Part shown: positions 1-10,426 of the stretch, in pieces
Layout of the letters: each line of letters opens with the position of its first letter
Position numbering within the stretch: the first letter of the stretch is position 1
NCBI GenBank assembly: GCA_016871195.1
Contig: VFZN01000003.1
Coordinates: 1,902 to 65,901, forward strand
Direction: 5' to 3'
Length of the DNA: 64,000 nt
DNA from: Acidobacteriota bacterium
Lineage (GTDB): Bacteria; Acidobacteriota; Vicinamibacteria; Vicinamibacterales; UBA2999
Program-made: the position numbers and the translations under genes
The notes under the pieces: model-generated
The model's input: only the letters and a program-made list of their open reading frames with translations
Database searches by the model: none
Told to the model about the DNA's origin: nothing

Positions 1-1500
1 GGCACCAACGACCGAGGGCTTGCCCATCTGCCGACCGACCACCGCCGCGTGAGAGGTCATGCCGCCGGTGGCAGTGAGGATGCCCTGCGACACCCACATG
101 CCGTTGATGTCATCAGGGGCCGTTTCGCGCCGGACCAGGATGACGGCCTTGCCCTTATGCGACCACTCGACCGCGTCCTCGGAGGTGAACACAACCTGAC
201 CACAGGCGGCGCCCGGCGAGGCGGGCAGGCCGCGCGTGACTACGGGCAGCGCCTTCCATTCCTTCGGATCGAAACCCGGGGCGAGCAGCTGCGACAACGC
301 TTCCGGATCGACCAGCAGCAGCGCTTCCTTCGGGGTGATGAGGCGCTCCTTCACCAGATCGGTCGCAATCACCACAGCGGCGTAGCCGGTGCGTTTTCCG
401 CTGCGGGTCTGCAGCATGTAGAGCTGGTCGTCCTGAATCGTGAACTCGAAGTCCTGAATGTCCTTGTAGTGCTTCTCGAGGCGCGTGGTGATCTGGCGCA
501 GCTGCGCGTACGCCTTCGGCATCACACGCGCCAGCTGGCTGATTGGCTGAGGCGTGCGGATACCAGCGACCACATCCTCGCCCTGGGCGTTGATGAGGAA
601 CTCGCCGAAGAACTTGTGCTCACCGGTGGCCGGATTGCGCGTGAAGCCCACGCCCGTGCCCGAACGGTTGCCGGTGTTGCCGAACACCATCATCTGCACA
701 TTCACGGCCGTGCCGATGCTGTCCGGAATGTCATAGATGCGGCGATACTCGCGCGCGCGGGGGTTATTCCACGAACGGAACACGGCGTTGCGAGCCATGG
801 TGAGCTGTTCGCGGGGGTCCTGCGGGAACGGCTTGCCGGTCTTGCGCCGAACGAGTCCCTTGAAGGCCTCGACGACGAGGCGCAGGGCGTCTTCGGTGAG
901 ATCGGTATCGACCTTCGCGCTCTGCTCGTGCTTGATGCGTTCGAACTCGTGCTCAAACTCGGGCTTCGGGATCTCGAGCACGACCGAGCCGAACATCTGC
1001 ATAAAGCGGCGGTAGCTGTCGAAGGCAAATCGGCCGTTCTGCGTTCGGCGCTTGAGGCCCTCAACGGCGGCGTCATTGAGGCCGAGGTTGAGGATGGTAT
1101 CCATCATGCCCGGCATCGAGAACTTGGCGCCCGAGCGGACCGAGACGAGCAACGGATTATCGGTCGAGCCGAGCGTGGCACCGGCGGCCTTCTCGAGGCG
1201 CCTGACGTGCAGCGCGATCTCCTCGTCGATGACGGGTGGCAGCTTACCGTGGTCGCGGTAGTAGAGGTTGCAGACGTCGGTCGAGATGGTGAAGCCCGGC
1301 GGCACGGGCAGTCCGGCATTGGTCATCTCGGCCAGACCCGAACCCTTGCCACCGAGCGTGTCCTTCATGTAGCGGTGGCCCTCGGCCTTGCCGTTGCCGT
1401 AGAAGTAGATGTACTTCTTCGTTGCCGAGGCGCGCGCGCCTGTCCTGCCCTGCGCCGCGCCGGTCTTCCGGGGGGCCCGTCGTGCCGCTGTCTTCGCCAT
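1..1500 (-). CDS. ppdK: pyruvate, phosphate dikinase, N-terminal 500 codons (gene continues beyond the window start)
   Basis: Not in the ORF track because there is no stop in the window. My translation of the minus strand from the ATG at 1500 gives MAKTAARRAPRK..KKYIYFYGNGKAEG. At the window edge it reads ..TGGMTSHAAVVGRQMGKPSVVGA, the phosphohistidine motif of PPDK/PEP-utilising enzymes. ORF 49..1569(+) is its antisense shadow. Confidence 0.85.
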   Translation of the reverse strand, partial: MAKTAARRAPRKTGAAQGRTGARASATKKYIYFYGNGKAEGHRYMKDTLGGKGSGLAEMTNAGLPVPPGFTISTDVCNLYYRDHGKLPPVIDEEIALHVRRLEKAAGATLGSTDNPLLVSVRSGAKFSMPGMMDTILNLGLNDAAVEGLKRRTQNGRFAFDSYRRFMQMFGSVVLEIPKPEFEHEFERIKHEQSAKVDTDLTEDALRLVVEAFKGLVRRKTGKPFPQDPREQLTMARNAVFRSWNNPRAREYRRIYDIPDSIGTAVNVQMMVFGNTGNRSGTGVGFTRNPATGEHKFFGEFLINAQGEDVVAGIRTPQPISQLARVMPKAYAQLRQITTRLEKHYKDIQDFEFTIQDDQLYMLQTRSGKRTGYAAVVIATDLVKERLITPKEALLLVDPEALSQLLAPGFDPKEWKALPVVTRGLPASPGAACGQVVFTSEDAVEWSHKGKAVILVRRETAPDDINGMWVSQGILTATGGMTSHAAVVGRQMGKPSVVGA

Positions 1501-1507
1501 GCCTGCG

Positions 1508-3736
1508 TTACTCCTGGGAAACGATTTCCGACACATCGGCCAACTGAAGGACCAGCTGCTCGATGCTGAACACGAGCCGCAGCCGCGCCATGCGCAGCGT
1601 GGGATCGTCACACATCACCATCACGTCATCGAAGAACCGTCCGACGGCCGGCCCCAGTCGGGCACAGCGCTCGAACGCCTCCTGCAGCCGGTCTCCGCCC
1701 GCTGCCGCCGCGGCGATGCCGGGCGCGCACTGCTGAAACTGGGTCCACAATGCCCGCTCAGCCTCCTCTGTCAGGATACTCTCGAGCGGCGCACCTGCGG
1801 CATGCAGGGCCGCCATGCCCTCCGGCGCATTCTTCGCCACGATGTTGCGCACCCGCTTAAAGAGCGTGGCCAGCTGCCGGAAATCGGCCGAGTCGGCCAC
1901 GGTCGCCAGCACGGCCAGGCGACGCAGCGCCGCAGCCGGCGCCAGCGCGCCCGGGTCGCCGTGCGTCACGGCTCGCACGTTTCGCACGTCATAGCCGCGT
2001 TGCTCGAGCACGTATCGCAGGCGTTCGACGAGGAAACGCCACAGGTCGGCATCGCCTGACGGATCACCGACCCCGCCCGCCGCAAAGGGTCTTGCCGCCA
2101 CCGCTACTAGCGGCCCGAGCGTGACCGCTGTGCCGACACCGGTCAGCGCCTCGAGGTCGACGAGCGTGCGTACCAGACCCTGCGCGGCGCGACGCAGGCC
2201 GTGCGGATCGCGTGACCCAGTCGGCCGCTCGCCCACCGCGAACATGCCCACCAGCGTGTCGAGCTTGTCGGCCATAGCCACGGCAGCCCACGGGCGTGCG
2301 GCCTCGCCCAGCACCGCGGCGCTCGGCGGAGCATCAGCTTCAACACCCTGCGGGAGATAGTGGTGGTAGATGGCCTTCCACACCGTCGACGAATGGCCAT
2401 CTTCGCGGGCATAGATGCCGCCCATCGTGCCCTGCAGTTCGGTGAGCTCGCGCACCATGCTGGTCGCCAGATCGACCTTGCAGAGGCGCCCGGCGGTGGC
2501 CGCCGCGTCGGCCAACTGTGGAGCCCCCAGCACTTCGGCACAGAGCCAGCGGGCCAGCGCCTCGATGCGCGAGGCCTTTTCCCGATAGGTGCCGAGCCGC
2601 TTGTGGAACAGCACCGTCTCGAGCGCATCAAGCCCAGCAGCCAGCGGCTGCGCACGGTCGGCGTCCCAGAAGAACCGGGCGTCCCTGAGCCGTGCGGTCA
2701 GCACACGTTCGAGGTTGCGCGAGACGACATTGGTCGATTCAGGCTCGGTATTGAGCACGGCGAGAAACGCCGGCATCAGCGTTCCGTCGGCATACTGCAG
2801 CGGGAAGAAGTGCTGATGATGAATCATCGTGGTTGTCAGCACTTCCTCGGGCAGCGCAAGAAACTCGTCACTGAACCGGCCCGAGACCACCACGGGATAC
2901 TCGATGAGATCGGGCACTTCCTGCAGGAGGGCGGCGCCGGACCGCACGGTATCAATCGACACCCCGCGGCGAGCCGCCTCGGCCGTCAGTTCCGCATCTA
3001 TGCGCGCGCGCCGCTCGTCGCGATCGAGCACCACGCCGTTGCGCGCGAGTGCGGCCAGATACTCGGTGGTCGAGTGCACGACCAGTGGCTGCCCCACCGT
3101 CTCGTGTACCCGGTGCCCTCGCGTCGTGCGTCCCGAGACCACCGGCTGCACCAGCGGTCCCGCCGCCTGAGCACTGCGCTGTATGGTGAACGGCACCACC
3201 TCATCGCCAAACAGGAAGACCAACCAGCGGATAGGACGCCCGAACTGCAGTTCTCCCCGCCCATCGTCAAGCAGTGCATCCCAACGCATCTGCTTGGGAA
3301 ACGGCATGGCCCGCAGCGTGGTGGCCAGCACCGCCGGCAGCACCTCGAGGGTGGCGCGGCCCTGATGCTGCACACGCACGGCGAGATACGCGCCCTTCTT
3401 CTCAGGCACCTCGATGCGTTCGAGCGCCGAGACATCCACGCCGTTGCGCTTCGCAAACCCCGTCGCGGCCGACGTGGGCGTGCCGTCGGCATTGAACGCC
3501 GCCGACACCGGCGGGCCGGTCAGCACCTCTTCGCGGTCGGCCTGGCGTTCGGCCACGCCGGCCATCTGCACCGCCAGCCGGCGCGGCGTCGACCACGTCG
3601 TCACCGGCCCAGCCACCTCGAGCCGTGCCTCGGCGAGCGCCGCCGCGAGGGCGTCGCCGAACGCACGCGTGGCGGCCGGTAGCCAGCTGGCCGGCAGTTC
3701 TTCGAGACCCAGTTCAATCAGCAGATCGTGCGTCAT
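1508..3736 (-). CDS. glyS: glycyl-tRNA synthetase beta subunit
   Basis: ORF 1508..3778. MTHDLLIELGLEELPASW is a typical GlyS N-terminus. I place the start at the ATG at 3736, which has GAGGTG just upstream and lies 17 nt after the glyQ stop. Confidence 0.9.
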   Translation of the reverse strand: MTHDLLIELGLEELPASWLPAATRAFGDALAAALAEARLEVAGPVTTWSTPRRLAVQMAGVAERQADREEVLTGPPVSAAFNADGTPTSAATGFAKRNGVDVSALERIEVPEKKGAYLAVRVQHQGRATLEVLPAVLATTLRAMPFPKQMRWDALLDDGRGELQFGRPIRWLVFLFGDEVVPFTIQRSAQAAGPLVQPVVSGRTTRGHRVHETVGQPLVVHSTTEYLAALARNGVVLDRDERRARIDAELTAEAARRGVSIDTVRSGAALLQEVPDLIEYPVVVSGRFSDEFLALPEEVLTTTMIHHQHFFPLQYADGTLMPAFLAVLNTEPESTNVVSRNLERVLTARLRDARFFWDADRAQPLAAGLDALETVLFHKRLGTYREKASRIEALARWLCAEVLGAPQLADAAATAGRLCKVDLATSMVRELTELQGTMGGIYAREDGHSSTVWKAIYHHYLPQGVEADAPPSAAVLGEAARPWAAVAMADKLDTLVGMFAVGERPTGSRDPHGLRRAAQGLVRTLVDLEALTGVGTAVTLGPLVAVAARPFAAGGVGDPSGDADLWRFLVERLRYVLEQRGYDVRNVRAVTHGDPGALAPAAALRRLAVLATVADSADFRQLATLFKRVRNIVAKNAPEGMAALHAAGAPLESILTEEAERALWTQFQQCAPGIAAAAAGGDRLQEAFERCARLGPAVGRFFDDVMVMCDDPTLRMARLRLVFSIEQLVLQLADVSEIVSQE

Positions 3737-3752
3737 CACGTCACCTCGAGAC

Positions 3753-4655
3753 TCACGATGCCACCGGGGTCGTGTCAACCTTCGGGGCCAGATCGTCGGC
3801 GTAGCGCCGGCAGACGGCCACCGCCAGCTGCCGCACGCGCAGAATGTAGGCCGTGCGCTCGGTCACGCCCACGCTGCCGCTGGAATCGAGCAGATTGAAC
3901 AGATGCGAGCACTTGAGCGCATATTCGAGCGCCGGCAGCACGAGCCCGGCCCCCAGCAGTCGTTCGCCGAATGCGTAGCACTCGTCGAACTGGCGCCGAT
4001 GGAAATCGGAGAACTCGGCCAGCGTGAGGCCGGTGCCTTCGTTGAAGGCATAGCACGACTGCTCCACTTCCTCGCGGAGGCGTACGGCCCCGTACGAGAC
4101 CCCCGGCGCCCACTGCAGGTCGTAGACGTTATCAGCCCCCTGCAAGAACATCGCAATGCGCTCGAGTCCGTAGGTGATTTCACAGGACACCGGCGATAGG
4201 TCCATGCCACCCACCTGCTGGAAGTAGGTGAACTGCGAAATCTCCATACCGTCGAGCAGCACCTGCCATCCAATGCCCCAGGCGCCGAGCGTCGGCGATT
4301 CCCAGTTGTCTTCCTCGAAGCGGATGTCGTGCGCGCGCGGGTTGATGCCGCACGCCTCCAGGCTGTCGAGATAGGCCTGCTGCACATCGTCCGGCGACGG
4401 TTTCAGAATCACCTGCATCTGGTGGTGCTTGAAGAGGCGGTTGGGATTCTGGCCGAAGCGGCCGTCGTCAGGCCGGCGCGAGGGCTGCACATACGCCACA
4501 TTCCACGGTGTCTCACCGAGCACCCGCAGCAGTGTTTCGGGATGGGAGGTGCCCGCGCCCACCTCGAGATCGAGCGGCTGCTGAATGAGGCAGCCCCTCG
4601 AGGCCCAGAAGGCCGAGAGCTGCAGAATCAGGTCCTGAAACGTCACCACACTCAT
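3753..4655 (-). CDS. glyQ: glycyl-tRNA synthetase alpha subunit
   Basis: [39 protein letters not shown].. is a highly conserved GlyQ sequence. The gene lies directly upstream of glyS. Confidence 0.95.
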   Translation of the reverse strand: MSVVTFQDLILQLSAFWASRGCLIQQPLDLEVGAGTSHPETLLRVLGETPWNVAYVQPSRRPDDGRFGQNPNRLFKHHQMQVILKPSPDDVQQAYLDSLEACGINPRAHDIRFEEDNWESPTLGAWGIGWQVLLDGMEISQFTYFQQVGGMDLSPVSCEITYGLERIAMFLQGADNVYDLQWAPGVSYGAVRLREEVEQSCYAFNEGTGLTLAEFSDFHRRQFDECYAFGERLLGAGLVLPALEYALKCSHLFNLLDSSGSVGVTERTAYILRVRQLAVAVCRRYADDLAPKVDTTPVAS

Positions 4656-4661
4656 GCATCC

Positions 4662-5315
4662 TCAGTTCGCCGGCACCCGGCGCATTTCCTGAATGACACG
4701 CAGCGACCGCATGTCGCGGTCGAGTAGCTGCCGGATCACCACCCGATGGCAATATTCGAGTTCCCGTAGCACGTGCGGCGCCACCGACAGTTCACCCAAC
4801 TCAGCCGGCCGCAGGTGCCGGCTGGCATCCACAAAGTGCTCCGCCTCGACGGACAGCTCGAGATCGGTCGGGTACACCCCCTGCAGCCGTAACAGCCAGC
4901 ACTCGAAGTACCGCGCCAGCGGCTCAACAGGCACCCCTGTCATCAGGGCGTCAAGCATGGCCACCCCCAGCCGATACACCCGTTCGTCAACATCGGCGTC
5001 GGGGGCCCATTCGTCGAGCAGCTCGGCGAAATAATGGCTGTAGCCGAGGGCCTCAGGCGAGGCGACTCCGAGCGGCGAACGTACGCGCTCGGCATAGTTC
5101 AGGCCCACCAGATCGCGACCTTCTCGCTCGAAATACGCCACTCGCACCAGCGTCAGCGGGGCCAGCGCTCCACTGAACGACGACTTGGGCCGCCGAGCCC
5201 GCTCGGCCACGCCGCGCTTCTTTCCGCGGTCGGGCGTCAGGAACACCACGACAGCGTCGGCTTCCCCGAACGGATACGTGCGCAGCACCAGCGCGTCAGC
5301 CGAATAAAGGGGCAT
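4662..5315 (-). CDS. recO: DNA repair protein RecO
   Basis: MPLYSADALVLRTYPFGEADAVVVFLT.. matches the RecO OB-fold N-terminus. Size is about 217 aa and the era-proximal position is typical. Confidence 0.85.
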   Translation of the reverse strand: MPLYSADALVLRTYPFGEADAVVVFLTPDRGKKRGVAERARRPKSSFSGALAPLTLVRVAYFEREGRDLVGLNYAERVRSPLGVASPEALGYSHYFAELLDEWAPDADVDERVYRLGVAMLDALMTGVPVEPLARYFECWLLRLQGVYPTDLELSVEAEHFVDASRHLRPAELGELSVAPHVLRELEYCHRVVIRQLLDRDMRSLRVIQEMRRVPAN

Positions 5316-5330
5316 GCCGTGGCCCCTATT

Positions 5331-6704
5331 CTATCGCGCCAGAAACTTCAGGAAGACGGTGGCGAGCCCGAGGAACGAGGCAAATCCCACGACGTCGGTA
5401 AAGGTCGTGATAAAGACCGACGAGGCCAGGGCCGGGTCGACCCTGAGCGCCTTGAGTCCGAGCGGCACCAGGGTGCCCGCCGTGGCCGCCACGGCCATGT
5501 TGCAGACCATCGCCACCCCGAGCAGCACACCGAGCATCGGGTCGCCCTTGGTCGCCCAGGCCACGCCCGCAGCGATCACCCCCAGCACGGCCCCGTTGCC
5601 GACCCCGATCAGGGATTCCTTCAGTAGGGCCTTCCGCGTGTTGGCCCACGACAGTTCCCCAAGGGCCAGCCCGCGGACGACCACCGTCAGGGTCTGCGTG
5701 GCCGCATTGCCGCCCATCCCGGCCACAATCGGCATGAATACCGCCAGGGCGGTGACCTGCTCGATGGTGCTCTCAAACAGCGCCACGACCGAGGCCGCCA
5801 CAAACGCCGTGACGAGGTTGACGCCGAGCCACGGCAGACGCTTCCGCAGGGCCTCGCCGGGAGGCGTGGCAATGCGCTCGTCCCCCGACACACCCGCCAG
5901 CCGCAGCAGGTCTTCGGTGGCTTCGTCCTTGATGACGTCGATGACATCGTCCACCGTGACCACGCCGACGAGCTTGTTTTCTTCGTCGACGACCGGTACG
6001 GCCAGCAGGTTGTACGACGCGACCAGCCGGGCCACTTCCTCCTGGTCGGTGTCGACGCGCGCGCTGATGACATCCGGGGTCATCAGGCGCTTGAGTGGCG
6101 TCTCGGGGCCCACGAGCAGCAGCCGACGCAGCGAGGTGACCCCCACCAGATGACGCCGCGCATCCACGACGTAGAGATAGAACACCATCTCGACATCGCG
6201 TGCGCTCTGGAGGGCCGAGATCGACTCGGCCACCGTGAGGTCTTCGCTGAGCGCGAAAACCGACGGATTCATGATGCGGCCTGCGGTCTGTTCCCCGTAC
6301 TCGAGCAGGCTTTCCACCTGCTGCTGGCCAGGGGCGTGCTGGCGCATCAGCTCGAGCACCTCGGCAGACAGTTCGTCAGGCAGGTAGTCGAGCAGCGCCG
6401 CTGCATCGTCCGAGGGCAGCTCCTCAAGCAGGGTGGCCACCTGGTCGGCCGGACGGCCGACAAGCAGCACTGCACCCGACTCGGGCCCCATCTCGCTGAC
6501 GGCTTCCATGGCGAGCCGCGGCTGCCGCTCGACCAGCAGCGAGAACACGGCGGCCCGCTCGGCATCAAGCAGGGCCCCGAAAATCTGCGCAAGGTCGGCC
6601 GGGTGCTGCTTCTGCAGCAGGTTCAGCAGGTTGGTCGACGCCCCTATCCGCAGCAGGCGACGGACCGAGTCGAGCACGAGTTCACTGCGGCGCGGCGCGG
6701 GCAT
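5331..6704 (-). CDS. mgtE: magnesium transporter MgtE
   Basis: N-domain, CBS pair and C-terminal TM domain are present, with MGGNAATQT and FTDVVGF motifs. Confidence 0.9.
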   Translation of the reverse strand: MPAPRRSELVLDSVRRLLRIGASTNLLNLLQKQHPADLAQIFGALLDAERAAVFSLLVERQPRLAMEAVSEMGPESGAVLLVGRPADQVATLLEELPSDDAAALLDYLPDELSAEVLELMRQHAPGQQQVESLLEYGEQTAGRIMNPSVFALSEDLTVAESISALQSARDVEMVFYLYVVDARRHLVGVTSLRRLLLVGPETPLKRLMTPDVISARVDTDQEEVARLVASYNLLAVPVVDEENKLVGVVTVDDVIDVIKDEATEDLLRLAGVSGDERIATPPGEALRKRLPWLGVNLVTAFVAASVVALFESTIEQVTALAVFMPIVAGMGGNAATQTLTVVVRGLALGELSWANTRKALLKESLIGVGNGAVLGVIAAGVAWATKGDPMLGVLLGVAMVCNMAVAATAGTLVPLGLKALRVDPALASSVFITTFTDVVGFASFLGLATVFLKFLAR

Positions 6705-6734
6705 GGGGAACTGAGCGACTGTAGCACAGAGATC

Positions 6735-7646
6735 TCACGAACGACGTGACGGACGTCGGCGCTCCTGGAGCCCCAACTCGCCCAGGGTGCGATCATCTTC
6801 GCGCCAGCGGCCACGCACCTTCACGTGGAGGTCGAGAAACACCGGCGTCTGGAAAAACGCCTCGAGTTCGTGGCGGGCCGCGATACCGACAGCCTTAATG
6901 GTTGCCCCGGCCCGCCCGATGATGATGGGCTTCTGCGAGTCGCGCTCGACCAGAATCGTGCAGTAGAGGCGCAGCAGCGGGCCTTCCTCAAAGCGGTCGA
7001 CGACCACAGCGGTCGAGAACGGCAGCTCGTCGTGCGTCTGCTGCAGCACCTGCTCGCGGACAAGTTCGGCCACGAAGAAGCGCTCGGGCTGGTCGGTCAG
7101 GTAGTCGTCGGGATAGATGGCCTCGCCCTCGGGCAGGTGAGCGAGCAGGCAGGTTTCGAGGCGATCGACGTTCTCGCCCGTCAGGGCCGAGACAGGCACG
7201 AGGTCGCTGAACAGTTTCGTCTCGTCGTAGGCGGCAAGGCGCGGCAACACCGCGATCTTGTCGAGGCCGTCGACCTTGTTCAGGGCCAGCACCCGCGGCA
7301 CGCGCACGCGACTCACCATGTCCATCAGGAACCGATCGCCTGCCCCTGACGGTTCGGACACATCGACCACGACGAGCACGAGGTCCGCGTCGGCGAGGCT
7401 ATCGGTGGCCGCGTCCATCATTCGCACGTTGAGCCGGTGCAGCGGGCGGTGAATGCCTGGCGTGTCGACGTAGACCACCTCCCCGCCGGGATAATGCCGG
7501 ACGCCGACGATGCGGTTCCGGGTGGTCTGGGGCTTGTCCGAGACGATGGCGAGCTTCTGGCCGACCAGCCGATTCAGCAGCGTCGACTTGCCGGCATTGG
7601 GCCGGCCGACAAGGGCGACGATGCCCCGCTTGTGCGGAGCGTTCAC
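6735..7646 (-). CDS. era: GTPase Era
   Basis: GRPNAGKST (G1), DTPG (G3) and NKVD (G4) are present, with a C-terminal KH-like region. Confidence 0.95.
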   Translation of the reverse strand: MNAPHKRGIVALVGRPNAGKSTLLNRLVGQKLAIVSDKPQTTRNRIVGVRHYPGGEVVYVDTPGIHRPLHRLNVRMMDAATDSLADADLVLVVVDVSEPSGAGDRFLMDMVSRVRVPRVLALNKVDGLDKIAVLPRLAAYDETKLFSDLVPVSALTGENVDRLETCLLAHLPEGEAIYPDDYLTDQPERFFVAELVREQVLQQTHDELPFSTAVVVDRFEEGPLLRLYCTILVERDSQKPIIIGRAGATIKAVGIAARHELEAFFQTPVFLDLHVKVRGRWREDDRTLGELGLQERRRPSRRS

Positions 7647-8908
7647 CCAGCGGCCTCGGCGGTGTCGACGGCGATCTCGGCGGGGCGCGTCACGCGCACG
7701 CGGATGATACGGCGGCGCTCGGCCTCGAGCACATCGACGTGCAGGCCGTCCAGTTCCAGATGTTCGCCGACGGCCGGCACGCGGCCAAGACGCGACAGCA
7801 GATAGCCACCGACGGTTTCGAACCCTTCGCCGTCGAGTTCGAGGCCGACGCGGTCGCGCAGCTCTTCCACGTGGGCCTTGCCGCTGAAGACCCAGCGGCC
7901 ATCACCTTCGTCAACGACCGGTTCCACTTCCGTGTCGTATTCATCGCGAATCTCGCCGACGATTTCCTCGAGCAGGTCTTCGATGGTGACGAGGCCGGCA
8001 ATACCGCCGTATTCGTCGACCACGATAGCCATCTGCAGGCGGTTGCGCTGAAATTCTCGCAGCAGTTCGGGGACACGCTTGGTCTCGGGCACGAAGTTCG
8101 CGTGATCGGCGGCGCGAATGAGGGTGGTGATGGCCGCGGAGGGGTCAGCGGCAGTGGCCAGATGAATCAGGTCTTTCACAAAAACAAAGCCCGTAACATT
8201 ATCGAGTGTGTTCTGGTAGACCGGCATGCGCGAGTACTGCTGGTCGCGGAACAACGCCTGCAATTGCCCGACGGTCGCTGAGGCTGGTACGGCGACGATG
8301 TCGGGGCGGGGCGTCATGACCTCGCGCACCATGGTTTCGCGGAAGTCGACCAGCGAGCGGAGCATCTCTCGCGCCTGACCCTCCTGCAGCACCGCAGGTG
8401 CACCAGCTTCAGTGAGGGTGACCGCGACGGCACCGGCCTCGTCGGTCGGGTTGTCATTCGTGCCGCCCGTCGGCCCGCGGCGTGTGCGACCCACGCGCAG
8501 CAGCGGCGTGGTGATCGGTGCGAGCACCAGGCACACCGCATCGAACGACGGCAGCAGGAGGCTCAGCACCTGTTCGGGATCGTGCCGGACGAGCAGCAGC
8601 GGCACCAGATGCTCGGTCACCAGCAGGAAGACCAGCACGGCCACCAGCAGCACGGGAACGCCGGCCGGCCCGACGCCGGTAAAGCCGGCGATGAGGACAG
8701 TGGTGGCCACGGTCATAACGCCCTTCAGCAGGCGTGCCGGCACAAACAGCCGTTGGGGGTGATCGAGATAGTGCGTCAGGCGGTCGTCCCGGCCGCTGCC
8801 CTCGGCCATGATGCGCAGGCTCAGTTGCATCAGGGCACTGAAGGCCGAGGTGATCGTGCCCACGTAGACCGAGGCCACGGCGAGGAGGAACAGCAGGAGC
8901 GGCGTCAT
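7643..8908 (-). CDS. CNNM/CorC/TlyC-family membrane protein (DUF21 + CBS pair + CorC_HlyC domain)
   Basis: N-terminal TM helices, a central CBS pair and a C-terminal transporter-associated domain. It sits in the conserved phoH-ybeY-corC-era arrangement and has a 4-nt overlap with era. Confidence 0.85.
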   Translation of the reverse strand: MTPLLLFLLAVASVYVGTITSAFSALMQLSLRIMAEGSGRDDRLTHYLDHPQRLFVPARLLKGVMTVATTVLIAGFTGVGPAGVPVLLVAVLVFLLVTEHLVPLLLVRHDPEQVLSLLLPSFDAVCLVLAPITTPLLRVGRTRRGPTGGTNDNPTDEAGAVAVTLTEAGAPAVLQEGQAREMLRSLVDFRETMVREVMTPRPDIVAVPASATVGQLQALFRDQQYSRMPVYQNTLDNVTGFVFVKDLIHLATAADPSAAITTLIRAADHANFVPETKRVPELLREFQRNRLQMAIVVDEYGGIAGLVTIEDLLEEIVGEIRDEYDTEVEPVVDEGDGRWVFSGKAHVEELRDRVGLELDGEGFETVGGYLLSRLGRVPAVGEHLELDGLHVDVLEAERRRIIRVRVTRPAEIAVDTAEAAG

Positions 8909-9396
8909 CGGCCCGGCCTGGCGCCACGGGCAATCAGCCCGGTCGTCAGGCCCCCCTTGCGTCGCAGGCGCGCTTCGACCCGCGCCATCGCTCCCGTGTC
9001 GGTCTCGTGATCGTAGCCGAGCAGGTGCAGCAGTCCGTGCAGGGCCAGCACCCGCAGTTCAGTGGTGAGGCTGTGGCCTGCGCGCGTGGCCTGCGCGCGG
9101 GCGATACCCGACGCAATGACGATGTCGCCGAGCAGGCGCGGTTCGGTAGACATGACCGGCGTGTCGGTCGGGTTCGTCGGAAATGAGAGGACGTCGGTGG
9201 GGACATCCTTGCCGCGGAAGACGCGGTTGAGGGCGCGCATGCGTCGGTCGCTGACGACCGCGACGGTGACTTCGCCCGCGGCCCGGACAGGCGCGGTAGC
9301 GGCGAGCCATAGGGCCAGGCCCCGTGTGGCGGGCAGCACCCCGTCGGGGGCCTGCACACTAACGACCAGACGAGTGCGAGGGGCTGTGCGCTTCAT
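8905..9396 (-). CDS. ybeY: endoribonuclease YbeY (rRNA maturation factor)
   Basis: HGLLHLLGYDH zinc-binding motif. ORF track start 9489 is probably too long. The ATG at 9396 ([15 protein letters not shown]) or the GTG at 9357 just after the phoH stop are the realistic starts. Confidence 0.85.
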   Translation of the reverse strand: MKRTAPRTRLVVSVQAPDGVLPATRGLALWLAATAPVRAAGEVTVAVVSDRRMRALNRVFRGKDVPTDVLSFPTNPTDTPVMSTEPRLLGDIVIASGIARAQATRAGHSLTTELRVLALHGLLHLLGYDHETDTGAMARVEARLRRKGGLTTGLIARGARPGR

Positions 9397-10360
9397 ACGC
9401 CTTGACGATGGCCTGCACGAGTTTATGCCGGACGACATCCCGCTCGTCAAAATGCACGAACGCGATACCCTCGACGCGGCCGACGACATTCATGGCCTCG
9501 ACGAGTCCCGAGATGCGTCCGTGCGGGAGGTCGATCTGGGTGATGTCGCCGGTGATGACGGCCTTCGACCCAAATCCGAGACGCGTCAAAAACATCTTCA
9601 TCTGCTCAGAGGTCGTGTTCTGGGCCTCGTCGAGAATCACGAACGCGTCGTTGAGTGTGCGCCCGCGCATGAAGGCGATGGGCGCCACTTCGATGGTGCC
9701 ACGCTCGAGAAGCCGCTCGGCCTTTTCGATCTCGAGCATGTCGTAGAGGGCGTCGTAGAGGGGCCGCAGGTAGGGGTTGACCTTCTCCTGTAGGTCACCG
9801 GGTAGGAACCCGAGCTTCTCGCCGGCCTCGACGGCCGGGCGGGCCAGGATGATGCGGCTGACCTTCTTCGCGAGCAGGGCATTGACGGCCTGCGCCATGG
9901 CCAGATAGGTCTTGCCCGTGCCGGCCGGGCCGATGCCGAAGACGATGTCATGCCGGTCGATGGCCTCGAGATAGAGTTTCTGGTTCGTGGTCTTGGCGAC
10001 GATGCGACGGCGACCAGCCTGACGCAGCTGCCCCGACTTGAGGAAGTGCTCACGCAGATCGACAGCGGTGTCCGCGACCAGCAGGTCGGCGGCGTCCTTG
10101 ACGTCGCGGTCCGAGAGGCGATGTCCCTCATCCATCATGCCGCTGAGCTGGCTGACGAGCCGCTCGACGCGGGCGGCGGCGGCAGGGTCGCCGTCCACAA
10201 ACCACGTGTCGCCCTGCGTGCGGATGCGCACGCCGAACCGCGCCTCGAGGTGGCGCAGGTTGTCGTCGTAGGCACCGAGAAGCGTGGCCAGGTGGTCCTG
10301 GGGAATGGACACGCGGCGGGCGGCGAGGGTGGCGATTGCGATTAACTCCGGAGAGACCAA
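9359..10360 (-). CDS. phoH: PhoH-like ATPase (YbeZ)
   Basis: Walker A GPAGTGKT. The PhoH family C-terminal domain is followed by ybeY. Confidence 0.9.
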   Translation of the reverse strand: MVSPELIAIATLAARRVSIPQDHLATLLGAYDDNLRHLEARFGVRIRTQGDTWFVDGDPAAAARVERLVSQLSGMMDEGHRLSDRDVKDAADLLVADTAVDLREHFLKSGQLRQAGRRRIVAKTTNQKLYLEAIDRHDIVFGIGPAGTGKTYLAMAQAVNALLAKKVSRIILARPAVEAGEKLGFLPGDLQEKVNPYLRPLYDALYDMLEIEKAERLLERGTIEVAPIAFMRGRTLNDAFVILDEAQNTTSEQMKMFLTRLGFGSKAVITGDITQIDLPHGRISGLVEAMNVVGRVEGIAFVHFDERDVVRHKLVQAIVKAYEAHSPSHSSGR

Positions 10361-10426
10361 CGCGTCAGCGTTGAGGCGGAAAGTAGCACCGCGCCTGACA
10401 CAGCGTCAAGCGCGGTGGCCATTCGG

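Noticed and set aside
49-1569. 506-aa plus-strand ORF at the window start.
   Set aside because: It is the antisense shadow of ppdK. The minus strand translates to an unmistakable PPDK N-terminus and phosphohistidine motif, whereas the plus-strand product is Arg/Gly/Ala-rich with no recognisable family.
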